A stretch of 64,000 nt of DNA from Eremomyces bilateralis CBS 781.70 (lineage: Eukaryota). Positions 38,283 through 51,343 of this stretch are shown here, piece after piece. Under the pieces are notes generated by a model that saw only the letters and a list, made by a program, of their open reading frames with translations, had not been told where the DNA came from and did no database searches. The stretch lies in assembly GCA_010015585.1 (NCBI GenBank), contig ML975182.1; one strand, 5' to 3'. Positions within the stretch are counted from its first letter, which is position 1. The number at the start of each line of letters is the position of its first letter. The translations under genes and the position numbers were made by a program.

Positions 38283-39193
38283 TTTACCTCGGGATGCCGA
38301 AGAGAAGGTTGAGGTGGGTTAGGGAGCCAATGAAGGTATGGTTCGGATCAAATGTGATGCTGTGTCGGCGTTGCAAAGGGTGATTCGGATTTGAGAGAAG
38401 GAATGTCGAATTAGAGCCAGACCAGATCTATTTATGCTCATAAAAGGCTATGAAACGCAAGAGCCACAGCGCCCTTAGATGTGTCACGGTAGGCGCTGCC
38501 GCGATACTATACAGCGACGCATGCCTTACAGACTTCAGTAGGCGCTAGGGGCGCGGTTAAGAAGGACTAGGGTAGTAGAGTCGTAGGGACGCAAAGTGCC
38601 GATCATCTCCCACTGATGTCCAGTGGAGGCTGTTGCTAAGATTGAAACATAAACTTATAACCCATGCTTAGCCGTGAGCATCAATGCATCAGCAGACAGA
38701 GCCGTTGCAGTCGATGCCAGCAACCCAAGGCAGACATTCGCAAGCGAGAACAATTATTTTTTTGCCAGGCAGAAGCCCAAGGGGCAAGGTCAAGACGTCA
38801 AGTTAGGAATTGAGCCAAGAACCCAACACTTAATACAGTCTTGCCCGCCCGTGCTAAACGAAGGCCCGTGATTGGGCCTTCGCCTGGGACCCGCTGGGGG
38901 CTTAATGGGCACAGCGGGGTACGTAAGAGCCCAAGCGAAGCCCCCAACCCATTGGCTTTCATTTAGCGGGCGGTTAGTCAAGATTTCATCTTAAGCGCTT
39001 CGACAGCATCAGGATATCGCATACCACTCTCTTCAGACGACGATTCGTGATCTATATATAATTGATTGTCTAATTGGCTAGATCTTGCATGTGATGCCAA
39101 TTCCGGCCAAGTCACTCCGCAAGATCCCCTTATCGCATCCTGTTACGAGAGCACCAAGGCTTCCAGCAAAGCTGGCCAGCCGTTATCAACAGC

Positions 39194-40341
39194 ATGCTCC
39201 GAACGAGTGTCAAGATGGCATCTACCTCTAGTGAATTGGTTGGTGCTGCTGGAGGTCGCTATTTCTCTAAAGAATTGATCCAAGAGAGACCGCACCTGGG
39301 TCGCGTCTGGTTGGCAACGTCCGAGCATCCATTTCACTCACGTCATTCAACACATGAACTAATGATATTTCAGATCCGGGCATGATAAATTTGTCTTGAA
39401 GGATATTCCCAAAGATATATTCTCAGGCTTCAATGAGAACATACGGCCTAGACTTCGCGAAAATCCATACATTCGGTTACCGTCGGACACCATCCTAGAT
39501 CAGCGCATATTTGTATACAGATACCTGACCGACGACTTCCTGAGCCTTGTCAGAAAACAAATCCCGATGCAAGCCAGGAAGCAAATCCTTAAGGCTAGTT
39601 TACGAGGGATTGCCGAATTGCACGACCGAGATATCGTCCATTTAGGTAATCTAAGCAACTTTTTGCTTTCTACGAGGTCATTACGCGGAGCTAATCATTC
39701 TTAGATATCAAGCCTGACAATATCATGGCCAACTGCCGCCACGTCGGTCAAGAGACCATAGTCGAACAGGTGCAGATCACTGACGTCGAAAATACGGCCT
39801 ATCTCCCTAAAGGCAGGTGCATTAAAGGGATGTTGGCTGGCAATGACAATTGGCGCAGTCCAGAGGCGCATTTCAAAGGCGAGCTCAACAAACCGTCTGA
39901 CATATTCTCTTTCGGAGCCGTGGTAAGTGTATTGAATTAGATGGGGGCCCTTCTCGCTGACTTACTTAGTGCATCTACGCTGTGCTAGGGCGTGTTATAT
40001 TCGGGCCTGATGGTGATTTCCAAAAACATCAAGCGCAGGGCGCACTGCCCGCTCTTATTCGCTTGCAGCGTCAAGTTTCGTATTTTGGGGACCGGGAAGG
40101 ATTGAATGGGCTCATGAAGCACGTTGGCGATGAGGAAGTCAATTGCCAGGTCCTGCGAATGCTTTGGGAAGAGCGGGCCGCAGACTACATCCCGTACGAA
40201 CCGTTTTCGAATTGGTCAGATGTTGACGACGCGGAGCTCAAAGATCTCATGCAAGGAATGATGAATCTGGACCCTACGAAGCGAATCACGGCGCGTCAGG
40301 CGTTAGAACACCCCTGGTTTGCAGGATTCGAGGTTAACTAG
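39194..40341 (+). CDS. Compact Ser/Thr kinase-like protein, three introns
   Basis: [68 protein letters not shown]. Confidence 0.85.
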
Positions 40342-40789
40342 ATATTGGAAACTCATGATCTTTATAACACTTGACATCCTCGTGAAGCGATGCGATACCC
40401 TCGCTATCGGAGGCCGATCTCCGTCTTCCTCGCCTTCGCACGCAACGATGGCGTAGCTTCCGACACGGATCTCCTTCCCATCATTTAATTCAGGCCAGCT
40501 GGAGCATGGGGTTATGGCCAGGACAGCAGTACTTACAATAGATCGGTTCGCATACCTGAGGCTGCATGAAAATGGCGATGGCAATTGGAAGGTAACGCGG
40601 AAGACCTAGGACAAACAAGTAAGCTGCCATCGATTGACTAATATGTGCGATGATCACGTTTCCAAAAAGGGTATCCCATATGAGAAAGCTGAAATCGTTG
40701 CTTAGAATTGAAAGCAAAGTATCGCAATTATCGTATGTAACGAAACTTAAATAAAGAATCTGAACACTTGTTAGGGGTATTGACCCATA

Positions 40790-41515
40790 CTAATTTGAGA
40801 AATCGCAGCAATGGCGCTCCAGAGACTATAGGGGCTCAATCCGAAAACAGCAAGACAGATCTTTACGGCGACAATCACACCGACCACCGACTATGGGGCT
40901 CAGATATGGTTCCCAGGCTCTGCAAGAACAGTGGCCCGCCACATCGAGAGAGCCACTAAACTGGGTGCGAGCGTAATTACGGCCATATTTAGATCGGCAG
41001 CAATCGAGGTCGCAACCGCCGAGGCAGGAGTCGAAACAGTCTAGGAAAGACTCCACGAACTTACCAGAAAGCACTAGATCAAGATACATAAAAACCCGCA
41101 AAACCACCACGGATGGAGACTTATTAAGCGCCTTTTTAAAGCAAAGACACATAGATCCCCACTCGAAGCCACAGCCCAGCTATTCCAATATATATCAAAC
41201 TAGAATCGCTTAAGAAGACAGCAGCATTCGTCAAGCCGCCGTAGTAAGACCCACCAAGCGTCATCATCGAAGAAGAAGCGGCCGCAATAACAAGGGCAGC
41301 CCAGCTAGACCTAAGAACCATCTTCACAGACGGATCGTATAGAAACGGCCTTACCGGTATCGGAATCCACGCACCAAACATCCCAGGACTCGAGAAATCC
41401 AGCATAAAAGGGTTTACACCGAATACAGACGCCCTCCAAGCGGAGCTAATAGCCATCTCGGAAGCCACCTCGGAAGCAACCGCCAAGATCCCAGCGATAA
41501 GCAGGAACCTCGACC
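40790..41515 (+). mobile_element. LINE (Tad1-like) relic, RT C-terminus plus RNase H
   Basis: TIFTDGS..TGIGI..QAELIAISEA RNase H motifs with upstream AAIEVATAEAG; several stops. Confidence 0.7.
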
Positions 41516-44500
41516 AATGTCATATTCTATCAGCATGTCGACACCAGTAGACGGCTCGCCGTTCTGTCCAGAGGGCGGAATTTCGTCACTCTCTATCGCT
41601 TGTGACGAACTCGAATCACGGTCTCTATCCGCGGCCGGTGTGCTACCGACTTCCGGCTGGGAGCCCGCACTCAATAATGCGTTAAGAGTAGGCAGCTCAT
41701 CTTCGGAATTAGCGTCCGATTTGCTATCTTCGAAGAATATAGCTACATCTAAAGAGAGATTAGTTAGTATATAGTCCTCTTCTGAAGCTGTTCGCGCAGT
41801 ATCTCTAGTAACTCACCCGTACAGCTTTCTATAGATGCCTCGTAGGCTGATTCCTACGCGGGCTTTGACTCGGTTAAGCCTTCGCCCTTCAGAATGTTAT
41901 CAATATCGGTCTATAGGTCGTTAGAAGAGATGCCAAGAGTGGTATCAGCTCCGCATCAGCTTTTTAGCATCCGACGCTCGGGTTGCTGGCTCTTTAGCAG
42001 GCCAGATTAATTGTAAAAGTTATCGGGCTAGTGATATTGCGATTAAGCATCGAAAGAATAAAGGGCTGTAGTGACCGCCATGTCCGCTTTAGCGCAGATT
42101 TCACTGCAGAATACGTGTGATCCTTTAAAAGTGAAAGAGTCGATGACCTTTGAGATGTGGGAGGAGGGAATCGTGGGACTTTATGCGGTAAGACGGACTC
42201 TCCTTGTTCGACTCTGCTCTCCCGTGAGGGAATAACAGGTCAGCTCACTCTCGCCGCTCCACCGAATTGGATCGTATAAGAGGAGTAAGCGTGGAGGGGC
42301 CGAAACCATTCGTTCAACCAGAGGGGCAGCAGCAGCATGAAATCACCTCCTCCGCCCTGGACACCCTCCTGACGCGGCTGACGCGGTCTTCCAGATGGAA
42401 GAATCGAGCGGACTGTCACAGGTGCAGCGGAGACAAACCAATCAAGCATGATATCGCTCATCTGCCGGATGGAAAAAGCCTCAGCTGACGTGGCTCGTTC
42501 CCGATCCTGGATTAGACTATTATAGCCTTCGAATAAGGCATGCCATCTGCCCTCGTTTCGTAAAGGATCGCGCGTTTCAGGCAGGCAGCGCAGATGCGCC
42601 TCGTCCGTACAGCAATGTGCTGCATGAATCTGCTGTGCCTCGGAGCTTACAGTGTGCAGCTTCCAGGGGCGGATCGAAAAATGGCGGCTCAGTCTTGGAC
42701 CGGAACGAAAGCCTCCTTCGCGCAAATCCACCATTCTAAGGTATTCCACCGGAAGATCCCCTCATGAGGTTGCTTAAACCCATAAACAGCGACGCATAAA
42801 TTGGCTCGTATTCGGTCATATACACTCTCTCTCATAAAACTCAGTCCGAAAATCGCGAGTGATGGCAGTGCGGCCTCTCGGGGGTGGAACCGTGGTAATA
42901 TGCTGCATCATGTGTCTGGTGACAGCACCATCGCTCCATAACGTCTCAGTTTTTGAGCAAGTCCCTCCGCCCCTTTCACTCCCTTGCATTCCGGCCATCC
43001 CTATCTCCTCGACCGCTCCAGCGACTGCCCGAGACGCGGGCTCGAGCTGTAGCGGGCTGAGCAGGCTAAGTGAGATGAGCAGGTTTCTTGGAGATCCTTC
43101 GGGATCGCCGAGTGTCAGATAGATTTCCAACTCACCAACCACTTCCGGGAAGTCAAGGGGCTAAAGAGGGAAGCGTAACATGTGTGTGCCTCTCGCCGTC
43201 TCGCCTTCTCGCCCTATCGTGGCCCTCCTTGTGCATAAACGCGATCGCCATTGCTTGCCTCGCCTTGCTTTTCCTCCCCCTCCCCCACCTCATCCAGACC
43301 GGCTCAGCCCACGAGTCCGGCAATGCCACGTAGGCAGCAAAAGGGACGAAAAAATAATACAGGGATCCAAGATCTTCATGTACCGTGGACCTTGTGACCG
43401 ACTTCCATGACTCGGATTGAGGATAACGGTGGACTAAGGCGCTGGAGTCGGCGTGGCCGAACGGGATCAACGGCCCCAATGCCGGAGGCCGCGAGGGCTA
43501 CTCGAGCTCGCGAGCAAGGCATAAGCGAGATATTCGGCCGCCTGTTGGACTTGAGCAGGGCCGTGGAGAGCGAGGAGGTTGGATTCGGATTCGGGGAGAC
43601 AGTCAAGTCTTTCTCTAGAGAGGGAGAGAAACGGTGTCAATGGAAACGGGAGGCGTGCCTGGTAAACCAGGTAGACGAGCTCCTCGAAGACGAAATGACC
43701 AGTAAAAGAGACCCTAGCGCCGTGTGGACAGAGTGAAATACTTGGAACGGCGATAAGGAGGAGTGGGGCTGCAAGCGAATGCAGCGAAAGCAGAGAAACA
43801 GGGCGGAGCGAAGGAGGGAAGCCGAAGGGCAACCAGGGAGCGAGGGATGATGAGCGGCCGTGGATCTCTCGGTCGCTGCAGTAGTTGAGGGGTTTGGGTT
43901 AAAGGAACGGCAACAGCCAAGAATGAAATAAAACGGCAGAAGAAGGAATGGTGGGATGCGCGTTTTATATGTGAGATCGAAGTAGGCGGACCGGCCAGAA
44001 CAGGCGGGAAATCTTCGGACAATGGGCATCGGCCAATGAGCGTGCACGGTGGGCAAGCCGGCCATTCTGGCGGTCGACATGCCGGCGTCTCTTTTACTAT
44101 AATATTGTCAAAGACGAAAGTATATCGAGTTTCTGATATGTTGTCTAACAAGTGATGCCTACTACTCTCAATTCATAATGCAGCTCAATGATCTATATAT
44201 CCCGCAAGAACCCCTCTTAAACTACACATCTTGCAATTGAAATCACATCCATCTCCCTTTTAACGGCTGTGTATAAATTGTACTCGTGCACCCCATTGTC
44301 TTTAAACCAGCTCTATCCAGTACCAGGAGTCGATCATGTCCTTCCATCAATCAAGCCCTCAATAGTGCTATTTATCTGCATGATGCCAATTTCGATATGT
44401 TCCAGCTCTCGCTCTATGTCATACTACCTACTCTTTAGATATTCAAACCCACCACTAGCTATATACGTATCACCGTCGCTTATGAGCGGTAAATAACCCA

Positions 44501-45222
44501 GCACCCACTGCCCCATTGCTCGATCGACCCCCAAACCCTCCCAAGGGGTAGTATTTCAACCTCGATAATGCGTTGCCTGCGAGTAATTTGTTTACCACGC
44601 GACTGGGGGCTTCGAACTTATAGATCTCATTGAAGAGGTCATTCCAATCCCCATTAATATCATTTGGTCTGAAAATCTTCATCTGTCTATGCCGATACTT
44701 ACATCCGCGAATCGCTGTGACCTCTTTTCCTTCAGCTTTCACATGTATTTCTGCCTTACCCACTCCTTTGTGCATCCATCCATCAACGCCTAAAAGCAAC
44801 GAAAAGTACCGCCGTGACAATGTGGTACCGAAGTTGCCTCCAAAAATGGAGGATTTTGACTGCATTTCCGGCAGGTCTTCCGTTTAGTCGAAAACATTTT
44901 GATTTCATTATCGCGCGGGTCCTGAACCTGCCTGTTATAGCCTGTAATTAATGCCAACACCTTGCACAGAACCTGGCGTCCGTTTTTGGATTTCCAACTT
45001 TGGGTTTTCAGTTCGTCCAGCTTCAGACTTTGGAGATTTGGATTTTGACAGTAATTCCCATTTAAATCCAAAGCGCCTACGCTGAGGTAAGCCCATGCAG
45101 AGCTTAATAATTAACATAGCACCATTTAAAATTTAATAGCGTTCATAAGCGTTGCCACTCTCGCCACTTTCGAAAAGATATAAAGCGACGTCAACCAAGA
45201 CGGAGGTGGGTGGGGTGGAGGT

Positions 45223-48200
45223 CTAGGGAAATTCAAAGTCGAATACCATAACCGTCACCCTGCCAGAGCGGCATCCCAAAGCAACAACATTGCCGTGAAT
45301 GTCAACGCAGCATTGCCGATATTCGGAAGGAAGCCAAAGCATGGCTTTCGTGCCCCAGCTTACCCATTGCTCCTTCAAAAAAATTGCGTGTGGGGAATTC
45401 GGTTGAGAAATAGCTGAGTCATAGGAAGAAGATGCAACAAATAGATGTCCCCTATCAGTCCGGAGGAATCTCCCATCATCAGAGTACGAAAGGGTTTTAG
45501 CAATGGCATCGACTGTGAGCGTCTGGAGAGCCGCTCCTGACCCGGCGTCCCAGAGCCGGACCGTCTCGTCGTGGGAGCCCGATGCGATCACTTTGCCGTC
45601 GGGCGAGAAGGCCACGGCGCTGACCGCGTGGCTATGTCCGTCGAGCGTCTGGAGGGCCGCTCCTGACCCGGCGTCCCAGAGCCGGACCGTCCTGTCGTAG
45701 GAGCCCGATGCGATCACTTTGCCGTCGAGCGAGAAGGCCACGGCGCTGACCGCGCGGCTATGGCCGTCGAGCGTCTGGAGGGCCGCTCCTGACCCGGCGT
45801 CCCAGAGCCGGACCGTCCTGTCGTGGGAGCCCGATGCGATCACTTTGCCGTCGGGCGAGAAGGCCACGGCGCTGACCGCGTTGCTATGGCCGTCGAGCGT
45901 CTGGAGGGCCGCTCCTGACCCGGCGTCCCAGAGCCGGACCGTCTCGTCGTAGGAGCCCGACGCGATCACTTTGCCGTCGGGCGAGAAGGCCACGGCGTTG
46001 ACCGCGTTGCTATGTCCATCGAGCGTCTGGAGTAGAGCACTCCAATATTTCTCGACGTTAGGCAAATTTTGCATCCATCGAGGTACCCAGTCTTTAAACT
46101 GCCTCTTCACTATACTCGTCGTAGGTGTAAATATCAACGCACTAGAGTAGATCTGGAGGGGAGCGCGCTCCATCACTTGCTGATTATATAGTGTAAATCG
46201 TTTGGCATCATGAATAAACTCGGAGAGACGCGGACAGTCATATGCCTGACAAAAATTAAGCTGAAAGATTCGTGTAATTCTGGTGGCTTATTTACCAGGG
46301 CAAAGGTCTCTAATAAGGTGACCGCATGGATCCCCTCAGAGACTCTTCGCATCCAGCTCAGCGCCTCAAGCCAGTATAACAGATGCACCTGTAGGAATTC
46401 ATGGACTTGGTCGTTGTCCTGAAGTTGAGTATTACTCTTCTGAAGGTGCTGGACCCAGTAGAGACATGCATATTGAACCTCTGGAGTAAGATATTGCTCC
46501 ACTCGATGGCTTGGTACGTCAGCTATGAGTACTCCTGGAGCTTCTATCCCACAGATATCCTGCTTAAGAGTGGTCGACATTAGCTGTATACAGCTCGTAG
46601 CTAAGGCCCCATGTACTTGCTTCTCGTTCACCCAGAAGTTTGAATCACTACATCTCTTCTTGTCAAGGAGGAAGTCGCGAAATGAGGGGTGGTGTAGTCG
46701 AAGCGGGCGACGTCGGTCCTCTGGAATGTCTAGTATTGCATGAAGGTCGTCTAACGTCTGGTCAATGTCCTTGGTTGGAAGGCGGATAAGCCTGCCTAGG
46801 GAAGGGGAAGAGAGTGGGGAGAGGAGTAGAACTATACTCCCAAGAATTTGTCTCAGCATTCCGTACAACTCTTCTTTCTCCTCATCCGAATAGTCTAGGG
46901 AAACGGAACACCTGAGAACAGTAATGTAAATTCCGTTGAGGTGCTTCTCTGGTGCCGTAGCATCATTGCTACGGCCGTCAAGAATTGTAGCCAGTCTCTT
47001 TTCTGTAAATCGTCTCCCATCACGGATGAACCGATATGCTGTTGCCGCCCAGATGAATAGGCCACTTGCATTCTGAACCAGACGTCTAATGTTATCTCCG
47101 CTGGGCCAGTCAGCGCCTAGAGAGCGTTCCTGCCCGATAAGTCTTAGATTGTCTTTTAGGAAAATAGTGATGTCGTGGTCCACAACTGGTGGTGAAATGT
47201 TGTGGAGGATGAAGTCCTGATATTCCGCATCTGGTATTTGACGGAACCCATATCGGATCGGAATCTCAGGTCTGCTTGTTAAAAAGATTCGTAGTCGGGC
47301 ATTCGTTAGCGATCTTATCTCGGTTAAAAGTTGTAGAATGATCCGGATGTTGACATCCTCAGCACACTCATCGAGAGCATCAATGACTAGAATATATGAG
47401 GATCGGGAGTCTTTGCCGTCCAGCTTTAAAAACGGACCGACGACGAGATGGTTCCATTGATCGCGAAGGGACTGGTCAGCAATATCGCTGCGCTCTGTAA
47501 TAGCGTTATAGATATGTTGATAGAGAGCAGGAACGTTTCTTGCAAGCTGTACTGCAATGCTTGTTACGAATTTGCCAGCATGACCAACGTCTCCACCACC
47601 TCTTGAGAAGAAAAAGCTGGCCCCAAGACGGACTGAGTCGAAACATCTGCGCGCAACAGTACGAGCAATCGTAGACTTTCCCGTCCCATCTAGGCCGTTC
47701 AACCAGAAGATGCACCGTTCATCCTGTCCGTCAGCCCAGTTGAATATTTCTTCCAGAATATTGACACGGGTATTCGGGAGGCATGTAGGCTCGTGTTGTT
47801 TTTGAAATGAATTGAATGGTGCTTCAGCGGAGAATGGCAGGCGATCGAGTTCGTTCTCTGAGCCCTTCTCTGCTATTAGCCTCCTTCTCTTTGGGTTCGG
47901 ACTCTCGGACGTAGATTCACGATCTTACTCTACAGTTAGCATAGATCTATCCCTAGCCTTTGTAATATCGAATATCACTTACGAAATCGGCCAGTCAATT
48001 GTCCTGCTGCTAGCGGCTCGGGGTCTTCCAGCAGTCGCTGCAGGTAGGGCACAAGATCTGAATACTGTGGGCCGAATTGTAATCGCACGAGAGGCTTGAG
48101 GTTAAGAGGATCGCCGGTCCGGACCAATAGACAATGTCGATTGGGGATATTTTTTTGGTCCTTGCACGCCCATTCCAAGAGTGCGCCGAAGTTTGGGTCC

Positions 48201-48898
48201 TCTAATCCAGATCCGCAGCCAACAAACAAAATAGTGTGGGTGTTCCAGAGCGCTCTCAGCACGGTCTTAATCTCTGAGTATTGGACCTTCTCGTAGTCCG
48301 TAGCGTCCAAGATGACATCCGAAGGGTCGTGGTAGCTGCCGTGTACATGAAGAATTCCGCGAAGATCTCGACTTTGGAACTTCAGGAGGTCGTCGTGATG
48401 TGACCGGCTGATGCGAGGCAATCTGCAGTAGCCTTCTTCAAAAAGATCATCATAGTTCGTTGTGAGAAGCATCGCTCCTCTGTCGTGGAGAGATTTCAAC
48501 ACATCTAGCGCAGCAGGATGCCTCACTTCCTTGGAAAGATCTCCAAATACAGCTTTTAGCCAAGTAGGCCATTGATGAGCCTGGTCCAAGAAAAACTTGA
48601 GTATGCGTGCTGCTTCTAACAGATCCTCGGGATGGGAATCAAGTATTTCGCGTGCGTGACTTAGCCTGTAGTGGTTCCTGTCAATTTGGCCATCTGCGAC
48701 AACATAGTCCAGACCATGTCGTATCAAGCCGAACCAGGACAACTGAGCGAGTGTTTCTCCAGACTGAGTTGCTGTTGCGCTCAGTGTCACCCCCGCGCCA
48801 ATGACGATTACTAGCCTTTTGTCCTCCAAAGCCGTTCTGATCTGGGCAAAGCGTTGGTTATCAATTCTCGTAGCTTCTGCGGAGGTTCGACTCTTCAT
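45223..48898 (-). CDS. Fungal NLR: SIR2-like domain, NACHT, WD40 repeats (about 1188 aa)
   Basis: Exons 48898-47983, 47923-46296 and 46245-45223 (3567 nt) are in frame. SIR2 motifs IGAGVT, LTTNYD, LHVHGS, LFVGCG..EDPNF. NACHT motifs CLPNTR, WLNGLDGTGKST, ASFFF, LVIDALDEC, FLTSRP, SGLFIWA, HHPSFRDFL. HET-E-like APLQIYSSAL linker and WD40 repeats. Confidence 0.9.
45517..46032 (-). repeat. Four near-identical 126-bp WD40 units
   Basis: GAGCGTCTGGAG recurs at 45517, 45643, 45769, 45895 and 46021. Confidence 0.95.
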
Positions 48899-49905
48899 GA
48901 GAACGTGTTAGTGGTGTGTTCTTAGGTAACCCAGTCAGACTTACTGAGGTTGCTCCACTCATACTTCAAGTTGGAAGTCGGTAGAGTCGGCGCGATGCCT
49001 GCGAGACGGAATCCATAGGATGTGAAGGAAAGTAGTTATACTAAGAGACTACTTAGTCTCGCTCGAATAGGCATTCACAGGGGGTAAAGAGAATGGCATG
49101 ACCAGTATAACACCTAAGGCATGCGAGAGTGCGGAGATACAAAGATGAAGGAATGGTTTAGCAGAGAGCAGTAACATCGTCGTATCTCAGCCTTGCTGCG
49201 CTCCAGCGAGGCGGCTGGTGTGCAGGTGTCCCATTCACAGGCAACTGCATTTGCTGCCGTGCCATTGGCCAGTCTGGTGGCGGTGCTCCTTTCAGAATTA
49301 AGTATGCGCAGCATGATTAGCAATTTCGTCAAAGGAGTGAGCAGGCACTTCACGAGCAAGGTGAGAGAACTTAGTACCGCTGTGAAGCAAGAGTATTTAC
49401 AGAATATAAACAGATCCGCTAGATGTTGCGAGTCATAGGGCTTTCAAGCCTTTCTTCGACAAGACACCTGGTAGAAAAATTGTAAGCGATGCTCCGTAAA
49501 GGCGGAATGGACAGTTGACTTTGTAGAAATTTTAGTCTGATACGAACGCCAAATGCTCCAGACGAAGCCAATCACTAATATGTCGATGGTATACTACGTA
49601 GTAAGGGACGAATGAATGACGGCGTTTGCTTACCATAGTACGGACGTGTAGCAACAAATATGAATAAAAGAGAACCCCTCACTCACATGCCTCTAATCTG
49701 ATCGTGTCACAGAATATCTGTTTCTTGGCGTTTCCCCACGGCTTCATTCCGTATTCGATTCTATACCCCTATTCTTTCCCTTTTTAAAGAAAAGATCACC
49801 ATTGTAAATCATATAAAATAGCTGCAGGAACAGCCTGTTTTCGTAGGATCCGGCTCTTCAGGATCAAGTTCAATCTAAAGTACTGACTAACTACTGATAA
49901 CTAGT

Positions 49906-51200
49906 TAAGCCAAGAGTCTGGGCACAGACCCCAGTCTCAGCTGATATCTCTACACCCACCACTTACTTGGACAATCAATAACTTTACCAAAATGAGGTCT
50001 TTTGGCACAGAAATTAGTGGTAATCGAAGGCCTAATAAGGAGTTATCAGTCTCTCAAAGAGCTGGGATTATTCAGGCTGTTGAAGATGGTAAACCAAAGA
50101 CTGAAATCGCGCGCAACTTTCGCGTCTCTCGACGCGCGGTGTATGGGACTATGGAGAGGTGGGAAGAACACAAAACCACCGTATCCTTACCCCGTGAAGG
50201 GGGTCCCCATAAGTTATCACGCTCTGACGAACGGCATATCGTTCAAATCGTGCGTCGATTTCCTCAAATGGAGTACGGAGAGCTCCTCGCAGGTATTTCG
50301 TACCTCCGCGTTTCTAGGAAGATCATCTACCGAACCCTTAAGAAATATCACCTTACGAAATGGCGAGCGAAGAAGAGGCCTCACCTGAAGCCCCATCACG
50401 CAAAAGACCGCCTCCGGTTTGCCCACGAATTCCTTAAATTCGACTTCTCCCGGCCCCACTCCACGGACGAGTGCTCGTATGAGAAAGGGGCGGGCGGTAA
50501 GCAGGTATGGGTATGGCGCCTGTACCACGAGGCATATGATCCGCAAATGGTAGAGCCTAAGACCTCTGGCAAGGCCATTTCACAGATGATATGGGGCTCA
50601 ATCTCGCGTGATGGGAGGTCAGACCTGGTGATCATGGACCGCGACGAAACCTCCGCAAGACAGGGCTATTCCGCGAAATCCTACATCGCTACGTTAGAGG
50701 CGGGACTTCTCCCTACGTATGAACCCGGGGATGTTGTTATGCAGGATAACGCAAGGATCCATACGGCCAAAATCACCCAAGAATGGCTGGAGACGCACGG
50801 CATTTGGGTCATCGATTGGCCGGCCAATTCCCCAGACATCAACCCCATCGAACACATGTGGCATCTGTTGAAAACCATGGTCCTAGAGCTCCACCCTGAA
50901 TTGAAAGACGATGGGCGCCTCGGAGGAGGCACGGGAGGCCATGAATGCGGCGTTAAAGGAGGCGTGGTGGGCGATCCCGCAGGAGACGATCCGAGAGCTG
51001 ATCGACTCAATTCCGCGACGTCTACAGGCGGTAAGCAAGGCAAAAGGGTGGCATACCAAATATTAGATATTTCCCAATTAAGAAATCAAAAAAGTAGACT
51101 GAATTTGCATTTGTATGTGTTTTCAGCGTATCTCAAGATACGGTGTATGGCGATCAGATTTGGTGATTTTCGGGGGTGTGCACAGACACATGTCTACTTA
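49906..51200 (+). mobile_element. Tc1/mariner DD34E element with a frameshifted transposase (49992-51066)
   Basis: HTH region, TDE, QDNA-x-SPDINPIE with 34 residues between D and E. The family C-terminus ..AKGWHTKY lies in another frame after about 50905. Imperfect TIRs (GTCTGGGCACA / TGTGCACAGAC) with TA ends. Confidence 0.9.
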
Positions 51201-51343
51201 TTGTAGCAACAATTGAATACCGCCCCTGAGACTAAATTACCTGGATATATTAGATTCACTAGGCACTGGATCGAGTTTCTGCGGTAATATTGATTCATGG
51301 GTATCATTCATTCAAGCGGGAGACATATACTCTCTAAAGCTCA

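Noticed and set aside
38482..38680. Possible second solo LTR (TGTCACGG...CCGTGAGCA)
   Set aside because: Imperfect end, no TSD and no second copy in the window.
44200..45120. Decayed ORF pieces downstream of the NLR as a partner or amyloid-motif gene
   Set aside because: No HeLo, gasdermin or amyloid motif recognisable; multiple stops.
37450..51300. Starship giant transposon
   Set aside because: No DUF3435 tyrosine recombinase or boundary repeats recognised.
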